NCBI GenBank assembly: GCA_029941135.1
Contig: JAPYRI010000005.1
Span: 1-60,997 of the forward strand
From: Alphaproteobacteria bacterium
GTDB lineage: Bacteria > Pseudomonadota > Alphaproteobacteria > JAPYRI01
Reading direction: 5' to 3'
Length of the DNA: 60,997 bases
Below are positions 47,590-56,591 of the stretch, one piece after another (position 1 is the first letter of the stretch; every line of letters starts with the position of its first letter). Position numbers and translations under genes: made by a program. The notes under the pieces were generated by a model that saw only the letters and a program-made list of their open reading frames with translations, did not search any database and was not told the origin of the DNA.

Positions 47590-48831
47590 ATGGGAGATCC
47601 GGTAGTAAATCAAAATGTAAGCGCCGTTGAAGGTGAAAATGTGCGTGCGTTCGACCTCAACAATCTGTCTCCGGCGTTCCTGGACGACCCCTTCCCGACA
47701 TACCATTTGCTGCGCCGGCTTGACCCGGTCCATCGCAATCCGGACAACTCCTATTTTCTCACGCGCTACGACGATGTGGCGGCAATCTATCGGGACCCGC
47801 GATTTAGTTCGGACAAACAAGCCGCGTTCAAGCCAAAGTTCGGCGACGGAGCCCTCTTTGGCCATCACACAACCAGCCTCGTGTTCCGGGATCCGCCGGA
47901 TCACACGCGTTTGCGCAAACTTATCGCGCCCGCGTTCATGCCCCGCCCGTTGGCGGCGTTGGCACCCAAAATCGATAGCGTGGTAGATCAGTTGCTTGAT
48001 CATGCCGAAGAGATGGGCGAAATGGACTTGATCACTGATTTGGCCGGGGCGTTGCCGATCGAAGTTGTGGGTGACATGCTGGGGGTGCCGCTCGAGGACA
48101 GAGGTCCCTTGCGCGGCTGGTCTCTTGCGATATTGGGGGCGTTGGAGCCCAATATTTCGCCGGAGACTCTGGCGATTGGCAACCGGGCGGTCGAGGAATT
48201 TACGGAATATTTGCGCAGCTTAATTGCCCACCGACGACAGCACCCTAATGACGATCCGAGCGATATTTTGGGTGATCTCATTGCCGCATTGGACGGCGAT
48301 GACAAAATCAGCGAATACGAACTGCTGCAAAACTGCATTTTCTTGCTGAACGCGGGGCACGAAACGACGACCAACCTGGTCGGCAATGGCATCGCCTGTT
48401 TGCTTGAGAATCCGGGCGAAATGCAACGATTGCGCGAAGAACCCACCCTCATTAAAACAGCCGTTGAAGAATTTCTGCGCTTTGAGAGCTCAAACCAAAT
48501 TGGCAATCGAGTGACCCTTGATACCGCGACCATCGGTGATGTTGAAATACCCCTGGGTACGCAAGTGGCGTTATCCATTGGTGGCGCCAACCGGGATCCT
48601 GCACAATTTCCCGATCCGGATCGGCTCGATATTGGCCGCACACCAAACCGCCATCTCGCCTTTGCTGGCGGCATTCATGCCTGTGCCGGCATGACCCTTG
48701 CCCGCATGGAAGGGCAATCCGCCATCAATCGCCTGCTCGCGCGCTTTCCCAACTTGCGCCGTGACGGTGACTTTGTTCGCGGCGGCCGTGCCCGGTTCCG
48801 GGGCTACGCTTCCTTTCCAGTCGCCCTGTAA
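47590..48831 (+). CDS. Cytochrome P450
   Basis: DPPDHTRLR, AGHETT, EEFLR and FAGGIHACAG. Confidence 0.95.
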   Translation: MGDPVVNQNVSAVEGENVRAFDLNNLSPAFLDDPFPTYHLLRRLDPVHRNPDNSYFLTRYDDVAAIYRDPRFSSDKQAAFKPKFGDGALFGHHTTSLVFRDPPDHTRLRKLIAPAFMPRPLAALAPKIDSVVDQLLDHAEEMGEMDLITDLAGALPIEVVGDMLGVPLEDRGPLRGWSLAILGALEPNISPETLAIGNRAVEEFTEYLRSLIAHRRQHPNDDPSDILGDLIAALDGDDKISEYELLQNCIFLLNAGHETTTNLVGNGIACLLENPGEMQRLREEPTLIKTAVEEFLRFESSNQIGNRVTLDTATIGDVEIPLGTQVALSIGGANRDPAQFPDPDRLDIGRTPNRHLAFAGGIHACAGMTLARMEGQSAINRLLARFPNLRRDGDFVRGGRARFRGYASFPVAL

Positions 48832-48975
48832 AGTCTGCCGCGAACACTCAGGAAATTGTTGGTCAGACCGGCGCCATCCGCTACCTTGTGCCGCTGACAG
48901 GGAGGTGGCATCGGCAAGGAGGCGTTTCGTGCCTGTTTCATGCCCAATAGAGGGCGCCACCAAGGGAGGACTAGC

Positions 48976-50055
48976 ATGAAATTCGGCGCAATGGTCGCGA
49001 CCAAAATTGACAACTGGCAATTGCTCAAAGAAGCGGAGGACCTGGGCTACGACCACGCTTGGGTGCCCGATTCTCAAATGATCTGGTCTGACTGCTACGC
49101 GACGCTGGCATTGCTTGCCGAGCATACGTCACGCATCAAAATCGGCACTGGAGTTGCGATTACCGGCACGCGCGCGGCGCCCGTAACCGCGCACTCAATC
49201 GCCACCATCAATCGCTTGGCGCCGGGGAGGACGTTTCTCGGTATTGGCACCGGCCACACCGCCATGCGGGTGATGGGCATGAACCCCACAAAACCGAAGG
49301 CATTTCGCGAATATTTGCGAGTGGTACGCGCGTTGCTGGCGGGCGAAGAAGTTGAATACACCCTGGATGGGCAAACCCAGGCGATCAAGTTCCTCCATCT
49401 CGACCGCAATTTCATCGATATCGCGCATGAAATACCCATTTACGTGGCAGCAAACGGGCCAACCGCGCTCAAATCAGCCGGCGCCTACGGGGATGGTCGG
49501 ATCTCGGCCCTCAGCGAACCCGCCGATATGACCGCCGCGAGCTTGGATCAGGTAAAAGTTGGCGCTGACGAAATTGGGCGCGAATTTCCCTCTGATTTTC
49601 ATACGGCCGCCCTAACCACGGCGACTGTCCTAAAACCTGGCGAGACTCTCAAGACCGATCGGATCATTGACGAATGTGGCTCTCAAGTGATGGCCGCATT
49701 TCACTATGTGTACGAAGTATTCAAGTTGACCCAGGACGAAAGCATCGTACCGCCTTCAATCGAAAACGATTGGGAAGCTTATTGCCAACGAGTAGCCCAA
49801 ATGGAAACACCGGAAGAAAAACGCTATTTGGAACTACACGAAGGTCATTGCTCTTATCTCGTGCCGGAAGAGCGGCGGTTTGTCACGCCGGACGCGATTA
49901 GAACTTTCTGCCTGGCTGGAGAACCCGATGAAATCATTGATGAATTGCGCGAGCGGGAGAGATCCGGCCTGAAGGAAATAACACTACTGCCACCCATGGA
50001 CTACGCACGCAATGTGCTGCGCGATTTCTCGGAATTGGTCATGGCAAAGTACTAA
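48976..50055 (+). CDS. LLM class (luciferase-like) flavin-dependent oxidoreductase
   Basis: AEDLGYDHAWVPDSQ, TSRIKIGTGV, GRTFLGIGTG and PIYVAANGP. GGAGG RBS before ATG at 48976. Confidence 0.88.
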   Translation: MKFGAMVATKIDNWQLLKEAEDLGYDHAWVPDSQMIWSDCYATLALLAEHTSRIKIGTGVAITGTRAAPVTAHSIATINRLAPGRTFLGIGTGHTAMRVMGMNPTKPKAFREYLRVVRALLAGEEVEYTLDGQTQAIKFLHLDRNFIDIAHEIPIYVAANGPTALKSAGAYGDGRISALSEPADMTAASLDQVKVGADEIGREFPSDFHTAALTTATVLKPGETLKTDRIIDECGSQVMAAFHYVYEVFKLTQDESIVPPSIENDWEAYCQRVAQMETPEEKRYLELHEGHCSYLVPEERRFVTPDAIRTFCLAGEPDEIIDELRERERSGLKEITLLPPMDYARNVLRDFSELVMAKY

Positions 50056-50083
50056 GTCCGGCAATCAACATTGGGAGCAAACC

Positions 50084-50794
50084 TTGGTAAAACCCTTTTT
50101 CGACACCGACAAATATACCCGCGAGCCGGCGTCCCCCACGGTGATTGCCTTTCATAAAGCGATCAAAGATCTGGTGCGCAGCCACATGGAAGCGGGCGGT
50201 AATTGGAACGCCTTTGTCTTTGGCGAGCAGGAAAACGTGGTCAACGCCGATGCCCTTCAAGCCATCGAAGATGCGTTTCTGAAAACCGGCTATCGGTATC
50301 AAGGCTCGGCAATGATTTCGATTGAGGAGGAGCCAGAAAAATACCAAATTTTGGCGACCGCCACCAACTCGGAAATTAAATTGCCGCCCCCGGATGCGAA
50401 CGGCCGCATCTTGTGCGGCACCGGCGACAATGTGGTCCAGTTTTCTGAAAATACCGTCGGGACAGCGCTATATGTGCGCACGAGCGAGCAGGTTCTTTCG
50501 CTGCTGGAAGACGGCGTGCCCGACAACACCATTGCCATCATTGACGACAGTGGTGGCACCTTGACTGCGCCCGTACTTGAGTACTTCAAAGGAGTTGTAT
50601 GCATGGGCGGCACGGTGCGCTCTCATTTGGGTATCCTGTGCCGGGAATACGGCATTCCATGTCTCATGAACTCTGGTGTTGCCGGCATCGAGGACGGCGA
50701 CGCGGTCGAGATGGAAACCTCCGCCGCCGCCAAAACTGCCGAGGCCTATCAGAAAAATATTGAGATGACCGCAAACATCTGGAAACAATGCTGA
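50084..50794 (+). CDS. Stand-alone PEP-utilising 'mobile' (swivel phospho-His) domain protein with an unknown N-terminal domain
   Basis: GVVCMGGTVRSHLGILCREYGIPC...GIEDGDAVEM resembles the GGxxSHxAIxAREYGIPAV phospho-His signature. TTG at 50084 follows GGAG. Confidence 0.8.
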   Translation: MVKPFFDTDKYTREPASPTVIAFHKAIKDLVRSHMEAGGNWNAFVFGEQENVVNADALQAIEDAFLKTGYRYQGSAMISIEEEPEKYQILATATNSEIKLPPPDANGRILCGTGDNVVQFSENTVGTALYVRTSEQVLSLLEDGVPDNTIAIIDDSGGTLTAPVLEYFKGVVCMGGTVRSHLGILCREYGIPCLMNSGVAGIEDGDAVEMETSAAAKTAEAYQKNIEMTANIWKQC

Positions 50795-50812
50795 CGAAAG
50801 GCTAATTGCCCC

Positions 50813-52966
50813 GTGACCCTTCCCATTACTTACGCCCAATTATTGGAGACCAACAATCTGGTTCAGGCGTGCAACGACGAATCCTATTGGCTGTGCGTCA
50901 CCCGCACGGTACAAGAATCGAAGTTGTTCCCCGTACCCGCCTATATGTTGCTGTCCTACCTGATGGTCTACTACCGGTATCCTGAGCTGCTGCGCAAAAT
51001 CGAAACCAGCATGCGGGCTGAAGACATCGGCGACCGGTCACGCAACATGGGAATCAAAACCCAAGCGTCCCATATTGCCTGGTGCATGCCCGGATTTTAC
51101 CTTCTTGCGCGCGAATATCTGATCAGCATGGGCCTTATCCGTCCTCAAGACGGGGTCGAAGACTTGGTTTACCTGATGGATTTTTGGAAGCGGCATCAAC
51201 TGTCGTGGCATCGGAACGATGGTCACATCTCCAATAAGGAGTTCGGCCACCGGAGCCAAATCCTGCCTGAACGCCTGCTTCAAATTTTTGAAGCTGATTT
51301 ATTCGAATGCCGTCAGGGCGATAGCCTCCACGAAGCAGCGATGAAGTTCACGGCAACCGTCTCCCAGTATATTTTTCTCATTCACTGCGAAAGTCGAATC
51401 GGCCTCGCCAACACCGGGCCGTACAAGTTTGGTGACAACCGGGAGCTATTGGTCCGTGATTTTATGGACCTCTCCGAGGGCGACTATCCATGGATGGACG
51501 GGGTTGCAACCGACGTCCCCTACAACAATTTGACCATTCCCATGGTGGTCGAGGATTGCCATTTCTATTTGGTGGATGACTGGGCGAGCTTTGAATCCGA
51601 GCCCGAATTCAAAGCCGAGAAAGTCGTGAGCGTTGGCCTCTACACGTCGGACACGTTGAGTGAAGGCTACATGCCGGTCGGCATGGATAGCGCGGAAGAA
51701 CTCGCCAAAACTTTCGTCGATCTGAACGAGACCGTCAAAGAAGCCAGCGCCAAGCTGTGGAAGCGAATTGCCGGCTGGTCCCGGGAAGAGATGATGGACG
51801 CGGGCGCCCTCACCTATTTTTCGGTGATAAAGGACTTAGCCCACGTTGCCGGGGTTTATGAGTTCGATGATTGGATGACCATCGATGCGCGTGCCGAACG
51901 CTTCCGGCCTATATTGAATGATGAGTATGGCCGTGATTGCCTGGGTGAACTGCTCGGCTCGATGACCAACCCCAATCAACAGATAAATGAATATTCAATG
52001 ATGCAGCATTCCAATTTGCCGCAGCGTATGTTCTCCCACGTTCCCTATTCGATATTAGCGGACGGCGACTTCACCGCCACTTGCGGTAGAACGCAGGCAG
52101 GTACCAGTCACATGAGCGCCAAAACCGGTAAGTACCGAACGACACGGGGCTTGCTTGACTTGGACGACTACAATCGGCTTGCGCGCGATTTCACACCCAA
52201 GGTGTGTTCTGACAAATTTCGTTTCCTCGACGAAAATTGGGTCAAATACAATTACGACACGCCGCTTGCCGACGAACTTTACAGGGCGGAGCAAGAATCA
52301 TCTCGCAATCTGCAGGGCAAAGGCGCAGGTCTGAAGCGGGTTGACCTGCCACCTTCTCCCCCGCCAAGCGGCGATTTGCTCGCACTCCACGGATTAGCGA
52401 TCAAAAAGATGAGCACAGCTGACGTGGTTGCAGACATTCTTGGACTCGAGGTCACAGATGTATCAACCGCACTGGAAGCCGCCGTCGCTGCTCAGCAAGT
52501 TGCTATCGTAAGAGACGCCTTTATGTTGAAGCCTGCGGGGCAAGCGGCGCTCGACGCAGCCTACCCAAAAATGTTCGCGGGTTTGCGGGCAAGCGAAGAT
52601 TTCGTTGCTGCTTACGAGCGATTCGAAGTTGTAAATAACGATTTGAAGCAGTTGATTACCGACTGGCAAACCCTGGAAATTGCAGGCTCGAGGGTGCCCA
52701 ATGATCACAGCAACAAAGACTACGATGACGGCATTATCGATCGCTTGGGTACCTTGCATGATCGTGCGGAAACTGTGCTGGATGTCTTAGCGTTGGCCGA
52801 AACCCGGCTCGGCCGCTACACCGACAAATTGCTGGTGGCGCTTGAGAAATCCGAAGATGGCGAAACAGATTTCGTGAGCGGGGCCCGGGTCGAGTCCTAT
52901 CACACGGTTTGGTTTGAGTTACACGAAGATTTGCTGCGGATTTTGGGCCAAGAGCGGGACGAGTAG
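50813..52966 (+). CDS. 717-aa hypothetical fusion protein: ~510-aa unknown domain, Pro linker, ~200-aa wHTH/helical domain resembling mycobacterial Rv1126c
   Basis: Long ORF packed between operon genes. Linker PPSPPPS at about aa 513. The C-terminal AYERF..VN.DLKQLITDWQ...PNDH...YD...SYHTVWFELHEDL resembles, from memory, the protein encoded next to M. tuberculosis ppdK. Confidence 0.75.
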   Translation: MTLPITYAQLLETNNLVQACNDESYWLCVTRTVQESKLFPVPAYMLLSYLMVYYRYPELLRKIETSMRAEDIGDRSRNMGIKTQASHIAWCMPGFYLLAREYLISMGLIRPQDGVEDLVYLMDFWKRHQLSWHRNDGHISNKEFGHRSQILPERLLQIFEADLFECRQGDSLHEAAMKFTATVSQYIFLIHCESRIGLANTGPYKFGDNRELLVRDFMDLSEGDYPWMDGVATDVPYNNLTIPMVVEDCHFYLVDDWASFESEPEFKAEKVVSVGLYTSDTLSEGYMPVGMDSAEELAKTFVDLNETVKEASAKLWKRIAGWSREEMMDAGALTYFSVIKDLAHVAGVYEFDDWMTIDARAERFRPILNDEYGRDCLGELLGSMTNPNQQINEYSMMQHSNLPQRMFSHVPYSILADGDFTATCGRTQAGTSHMSAKTGKYRTTRGLLDLDDYNRLARDFTPKVCSDKFRFLDENWVKYNYDTPLADELYRAEQESSRNLQGKGAGLKRVDLPPSPPPSGDLLALHGLAIKKMSTADVVADILGLEVTDVSTALEAAVAAQQVAIVRDAFMLKPAGQAALDAAYPKMFAGLRASEDFVAAYERFEVVNNDLKQLITDWQTLEIAGSRVPNDHSNKDYDDGIIDRLGTLHDRAETVLDVLALAETRLGRYTDKLLVALEKSEDGETDFVSGARVESYHTVWFELHEDLLRILGQERDE

Positions 52967-52972
52967 TTCGGA

Positions 52973-54700
52973 ATGGAGTCGGCTGAGAACAAGAGGTCCG
53001 AGAACAAATGGGTAATGCGGCTCGACGGTGCGACCTTGCCCGACCGCGATCTGATCGGCGGTAAGGCGTGGAGCATAGCACGCCTGCGCAACCTGGGCTT
53101 GCCCACTTCACCCGCCGTTGCGGCTACCACCGAGGCATGCCGTGCCTTTATGAAAACTGGTGATCTCCCCGCTGGCCTGATGGACGAGCTTCGTGTCGGC
53201 ATTGAAGAGATTGAACACGAGACCGGACGAAAGTTTGGTGGCACTGAACATCCCTTGCTGGTCGCGGTCAGATCGGGTGCGCCGATCAGCATGCCAGGCA
53301 TGATGGACACAGTGCTCAATTTAGGCATGACAGATGCGGTCGAACTGGCACTGGCACAAGAAAGCGGCGATCCGGAATTTGCCGCCGACACCCGGCGTCG
53401 ATTTCTCGAACTTTACGACACCATTGTGCTCAAAAATTCCGGTGCCGAGGTGCCGGAAACTGCCGACGCGCAGTTGGCAGGTGCCGTACGCGCCGTGTTT
53501 GAGTCGTGGAATTCCCGGCGCGCTAAACGTTATCGCAAACACAACGGCATCCCCGACGACCTTGGTACAGCGGTTACAATTCAGGCCATGGTGTTCGGAA
53601 ACCTAGACGATCAGAGCGGCACTGGTGTTTTATTCAGCCGCAATCCCTTGACCGGCGACCCCGCACCCTACGGCGAATATCTCGCTTGTGCGCAAGGAGA
53701 AGACGTGGTGTCAGGCAAAGTGACGCCGCAGCCGCTTTCCGCCCTAGAGGCCGCCCAACCGGGCGCCCACAAAGAATTGTTGAAGGCGGCCGCCTTATTG
53801 GAGTGTGAAAGCGGCGACGTTCAGGATATCGAGTTCACCATCCAACAGGGCAAATTGTATTTGCTCCAATCGCGGTCGGCCAAAAGATCGCCCTCTGCGG
53901 CCGTTCGCTTTGCCATCGATTTCGTGCGCGAAGGAAAGATCGACAAAAGTGAAGCCTTGCGCCGGGTGACATCCGAACAAATACGCACTTTGCTTCGCCC
54001 GCGTCTTGAAGACGGAGCTGACAACCGCCCTAAGCCTGTCGCGGTAGGTGAAGCTGCTTGTCAGGGTGTTGGTGTTGGTGTTGTCGTGACCGCCGCGGAC
54101 AGCGCCGAGGCCGAAGCCGCAAAGGGCCACAAAGTTATACTTGCCCGCCCCACCACCAGCCCCGAAGACGTGCATGGCATGCTGGTTGCCGAAGCCGTCA
54201 TCACCGAACAAGGGGGGCCAACTTCCCATGCAGCGGTGGTCAGTCGGGCGTTGGGTTTACCCTGTGTGGTCGGATGCGGCGATGGTGCGTTGACCAACCT
54301 CGGTGGCCAGACTGTCACCGTGGATGGCGAAAAAGGGCACGTTTATGACGCGGTATTACCGGTAAAAGTGCCGGACGAAAGGGAAGAAGGCGGCCTCAGC
54401 GACCTCATTAATTGGGCTTCTGAGATTTCCCCCGTGGTGGTGTACAGCGCTTCTGACGCCCTACCTGAAAGTCTAGGTGATGCCGACATTGTTGATTTGG
54501 ATCACTTGACCGATGGTGAAGACTCCGATCATATCGCTCGCTTACTTAATGGTGCGATTGCTGCCCGGGGCAGCATCCTGAATTCGGACGCAGGCGTGTC
54601 CGCCGCGATAAGATCCGGTGTCAAAACCATCATTGTCCGCCACACCCTACCGGCCCTCCTGGCCGCGTGCGCGAATACGGATACCATTACAGAAACTTGA
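52973..54700 (+). CDS. Truncated pyruvate phosphate dikinase-like protein (ATP-grasp and phospho-His domains, no PEP/pyruvate barrel)
   Basis: GGKA, VRSGAPISMPGMMDTVLNLG, QAMVFGN, AQGEDVVSG, QDIEFT..GKLYLLQSR and GGPTSHAAVV. Only 575 aa; none of the C-terminal PPDK motifs are present. Confidence 0.88.
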   Translation: MESAENKRSENKWVMRLDGATLPDRDLIGGKAWSIARLRNLGLPTSPAVAATTEACRAFMKTGDLPAGLMDELRVGIEEIEHETGRKFGGTEHPLLVAVRSGAPISMPGMMDTVLNLGMTDAVELALAQESGDPEFAADTRRRFLELYDTIVLKNSGAEVPETADAQLAGAVRAVFESWNSRRAKRYRKHNGIPDDLGTAVTIQAMVFGNLDDQSGTGVLFSRNPLTGDPAPYGEYLACAQGEDVVSGKVTPQPLSALEAAQPGAHKELLKAAALLECESGDVQDIEFTIQQGKLYLLQSRSAKRSPSAAVRFAIDFVREGKIDKSEALRRVTSEQIRTLLRPRLEDGADNRPKPVAVGEAACQGVGVGVVVTAADSAEAEAAKGHKVILARPTTSPEDVHGMLVAEAVITEQGGPTSHAAVVSRALGLPCVVGCGDGALTNLGGQTVTVDGEKGHVYDAVLPVKVPDEREEGGLSDLINWASEISPVVVYSASDALPESLGDADIVDLDHLTDGEDSDHIARLLNGAIAARGSILNSDAGVSAAIRSGVKTIIVRHTLPALLAACANTDTITET

Positions 54701-54710
54701 GGATTGTGGC

Positions 54711-55193
54711 TTGGATCAAACAAAGAACAATATTCGTGCGCTAGTAAGATTGTTCGAGCAATCGGACTGGGATGAACTACGCGTTGAAACCAAAGACTTA
54801 AAGCTCGTAATTTCGAAAAATGCGAACGCACCTGGCCTGACGGTTTTAGAGAATGCACCACGCACACGATTGCCCAGTACCGCGGACGCCGAAATCACGG
54901 ATGCGACTGAACCCGCCGCCAAAAGCGAACCGGCTGAAATTCCTGAAGGATTGGTGGCGGTGCGGGCACCCAATTTGGGCACCTTTTGGCGCGCCCCCAA
55001 ACCTGGCGCCGCGCCCTATATCGAAGTTGGGCAAAAAGTAAATGCCGACACGATGGTGTGCTTGATCGAAGTGATGAAGTTGTTCACCCCAATAAATGCG
55101 GGAATTGCTGGCACCGTCGTCGAACTTGTCGCTGAGAACAGCGCCATGGTCGAATACGGCGATACCCTTGTCCTCATTGATCCCAGCACTTGA
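54711..55193 (+). CDS. Biotin carboxyl carrier protein
   Basis: APNLGTFWRAPKPG, IEVMKL (biotin Lys) and VEYG. TTG at 54711 follows GAGG. Confidence 0.92.
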   Translation: MDQTKNNIRALVRLFEQSDWDELRVETKDLKLVISKNANAPGLTVLENAPRTRLPSTADAEITDATEPAAKSEPAEIPEGLVAVRAPNLGTFWRAPKPGAAPYIEVGQKVNADTMVCLIEVMKLFTPINAGIAGTVVELVAENSAMVEYGDTLVLIDPST

Positions 55194-55214
55194 TCTGGAC
55201 GAGCACCTAATCTC

Positions 55215-56585
55215 ATGAACCTCTCGCGTGTATTTGTCGCCAATCGGGGAGAAATCGCGGTGCGAGTGCTGCGCGCTTGTCGCAAGCTTGAGCTCTCTTC
55301 AGTAATTGGCGTGTCGGAGGCCGACCAGGAAAGCACCGGGGCAATGATGGCTGATCGTGCAATTGTTATAGGCCCAGCTCCCTCAAAGGACAGCTACCTC
55401 AAGCCAGACCTCATCGTTTCGGCAGCGGTAAACAGCGGTTGCGATGCGCTTCATCCTGGCTATGGTTTCTTGTCTGAACGCGGTGAACTGGCCGAAATGT
55501 GTGCCGAAAACGGGATCGCTTTCGTTGGCCCCACAGCCGATACCATTCGTAAAGTGGGCGATAAAATTTCTGCCAGGGAACTAGCCCGCGCGGCCGGAGT
55601 TCCCCTGGTTCCCGGATCCGGCGAAGTGTCCACTGTGGAGCAGGCCAAATCAGCGGCAAGCGACGTGGGTTATCCTATCGTACTGAAAGCGACCGCCGGC
55701 GGCGGCGGGCGTGGTATGGCAGTCGCCCGGGCGGACGAAGACATTGCGAGAACTTTCGACGCCGCGTCCTTAGAAGCCGAAGAAGCGTTCGGCGACGGCA
55801 CTCTTTACGTGGAACGCTTTGTTGAGAACGCCCGCCATGTGGAAGTTCAGATATTGGGTGACGGCAAAGGCAACGTGCTTCATTTCGGCGACCGGGATTG
55901 TTCAGCCCAGCGGCGTTATCAAAAAGTCGTGGAAGAAGCCCCCGCAACTGCTGTGCCGGATGATATTCGCACGAACATGCGTGAAGCTGCCGTGCGCTTG
56001 GCCAAAAGTATCAATTACCGCAATGCGGGCACCGTCGAATTTCTCTACGATCAAAACCACAATGCGTTCTACTTCATCGAAGTGAATGCGCGCATCCAAG
56101 TCGAACATCCGGTCACCGAAGAGATTACCGGCGTTGATCTGGTGGTCGCGCAACTCAAAATCGCGGCCGGCGAACCCCTCGGGTTAACTCAAGACATGAT
56201 CGCACTCAGCGGACACGCCATCGAATGCCGGATCAACGCCGAAATGCCGCTGCGGGACTTCGCGCCATCGCCTGGACGAATTACCGCCTGGTTGCCACCC
56301 GAGGGCGACGGCGTACGTGTCGATAGTCATTGCGAGCAGGGCTACACGGTTCCGCCCTATTATGACAGCATGATTGGGAAGCTGATCGTCCACGGCGCGA
56401 CCCGCACGGAAGCCATATCGCGCATGCGTGGCGCGCTCGCCGATTTCCGCATCGATGGCATACATACCAATACCCACTTGCAAGCCTTTCTGGTGGGCCA
56501 TCGGGATTTCAAAGACAATAAAATTAACACCAAATGGCTGGAGACAACTCTCCTGCCCGCGTATTCAAGCGTAATGGGAGATTAG
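55215..56585 (+). CDS. Biotin carboxylase
   Basis: ANRGEIA, HPGYGFLSE, GGGGRGM, RDCSAQRRYQK, EVNARIQVEHPVTE and YYDSMIGKL. Confidence 0.95.
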   Translation: MNLSRVFVANRGEIAVRVLRACRKLELSSVIGVSEADQESTGAMMADRAIVIGPAPSKDSYLKPDLIVSAAVNSGCDALHPGYGFLSERGELAEMCAENGIAFVGPTADTIRKVGDKISARELARAAGVPLVPGSGEVSTVEQAKSAASDVGYPIVLKATAGGGGRGMAVARADEDIARTFDAASLEAEEAFGDGTLYVERFVENARHVEVQILGDGKGNVLHFGDRDCSAQRRYQKVVEEAPATAVPDDIRTNMREAAVRLAKSINYRNAGTVEFLYDQNHNAFYFIEVNARIQVEHPVTEEITGVDLVVAQLKIAAGEPLGLTQDMIALSGHAIECRINAEMPLRDFAPSPGRITAWLPPEGDGVRVDSHCEQGYTVPPYYDSMIGKLIVHGATRTEAISRMRGALADFRIDGIHTNTHLQAFLVGHRDFKDNKINTKWLETTLLPAYSSVMGD

Positions 56586-56591
56586 ATCGGA

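Noticed and set aside
48832-48975. Cobalamin riboswitch or other ncRNA in the intergenic gap near the B12 mutase
   Set aside because: I could not see the conserved B12-box elements. An Rfam/Infernal scan would be needed to exclude it fully.
52973-54700. Annotation as a functional pyruvate phosphate dikinase (ppdK)
   Set aside because: It lacks the whole C-terminal PEP/pyruvate-binding barrel. It ends cleanly just before the BCCP gene, so no frameshifted remainder is available.
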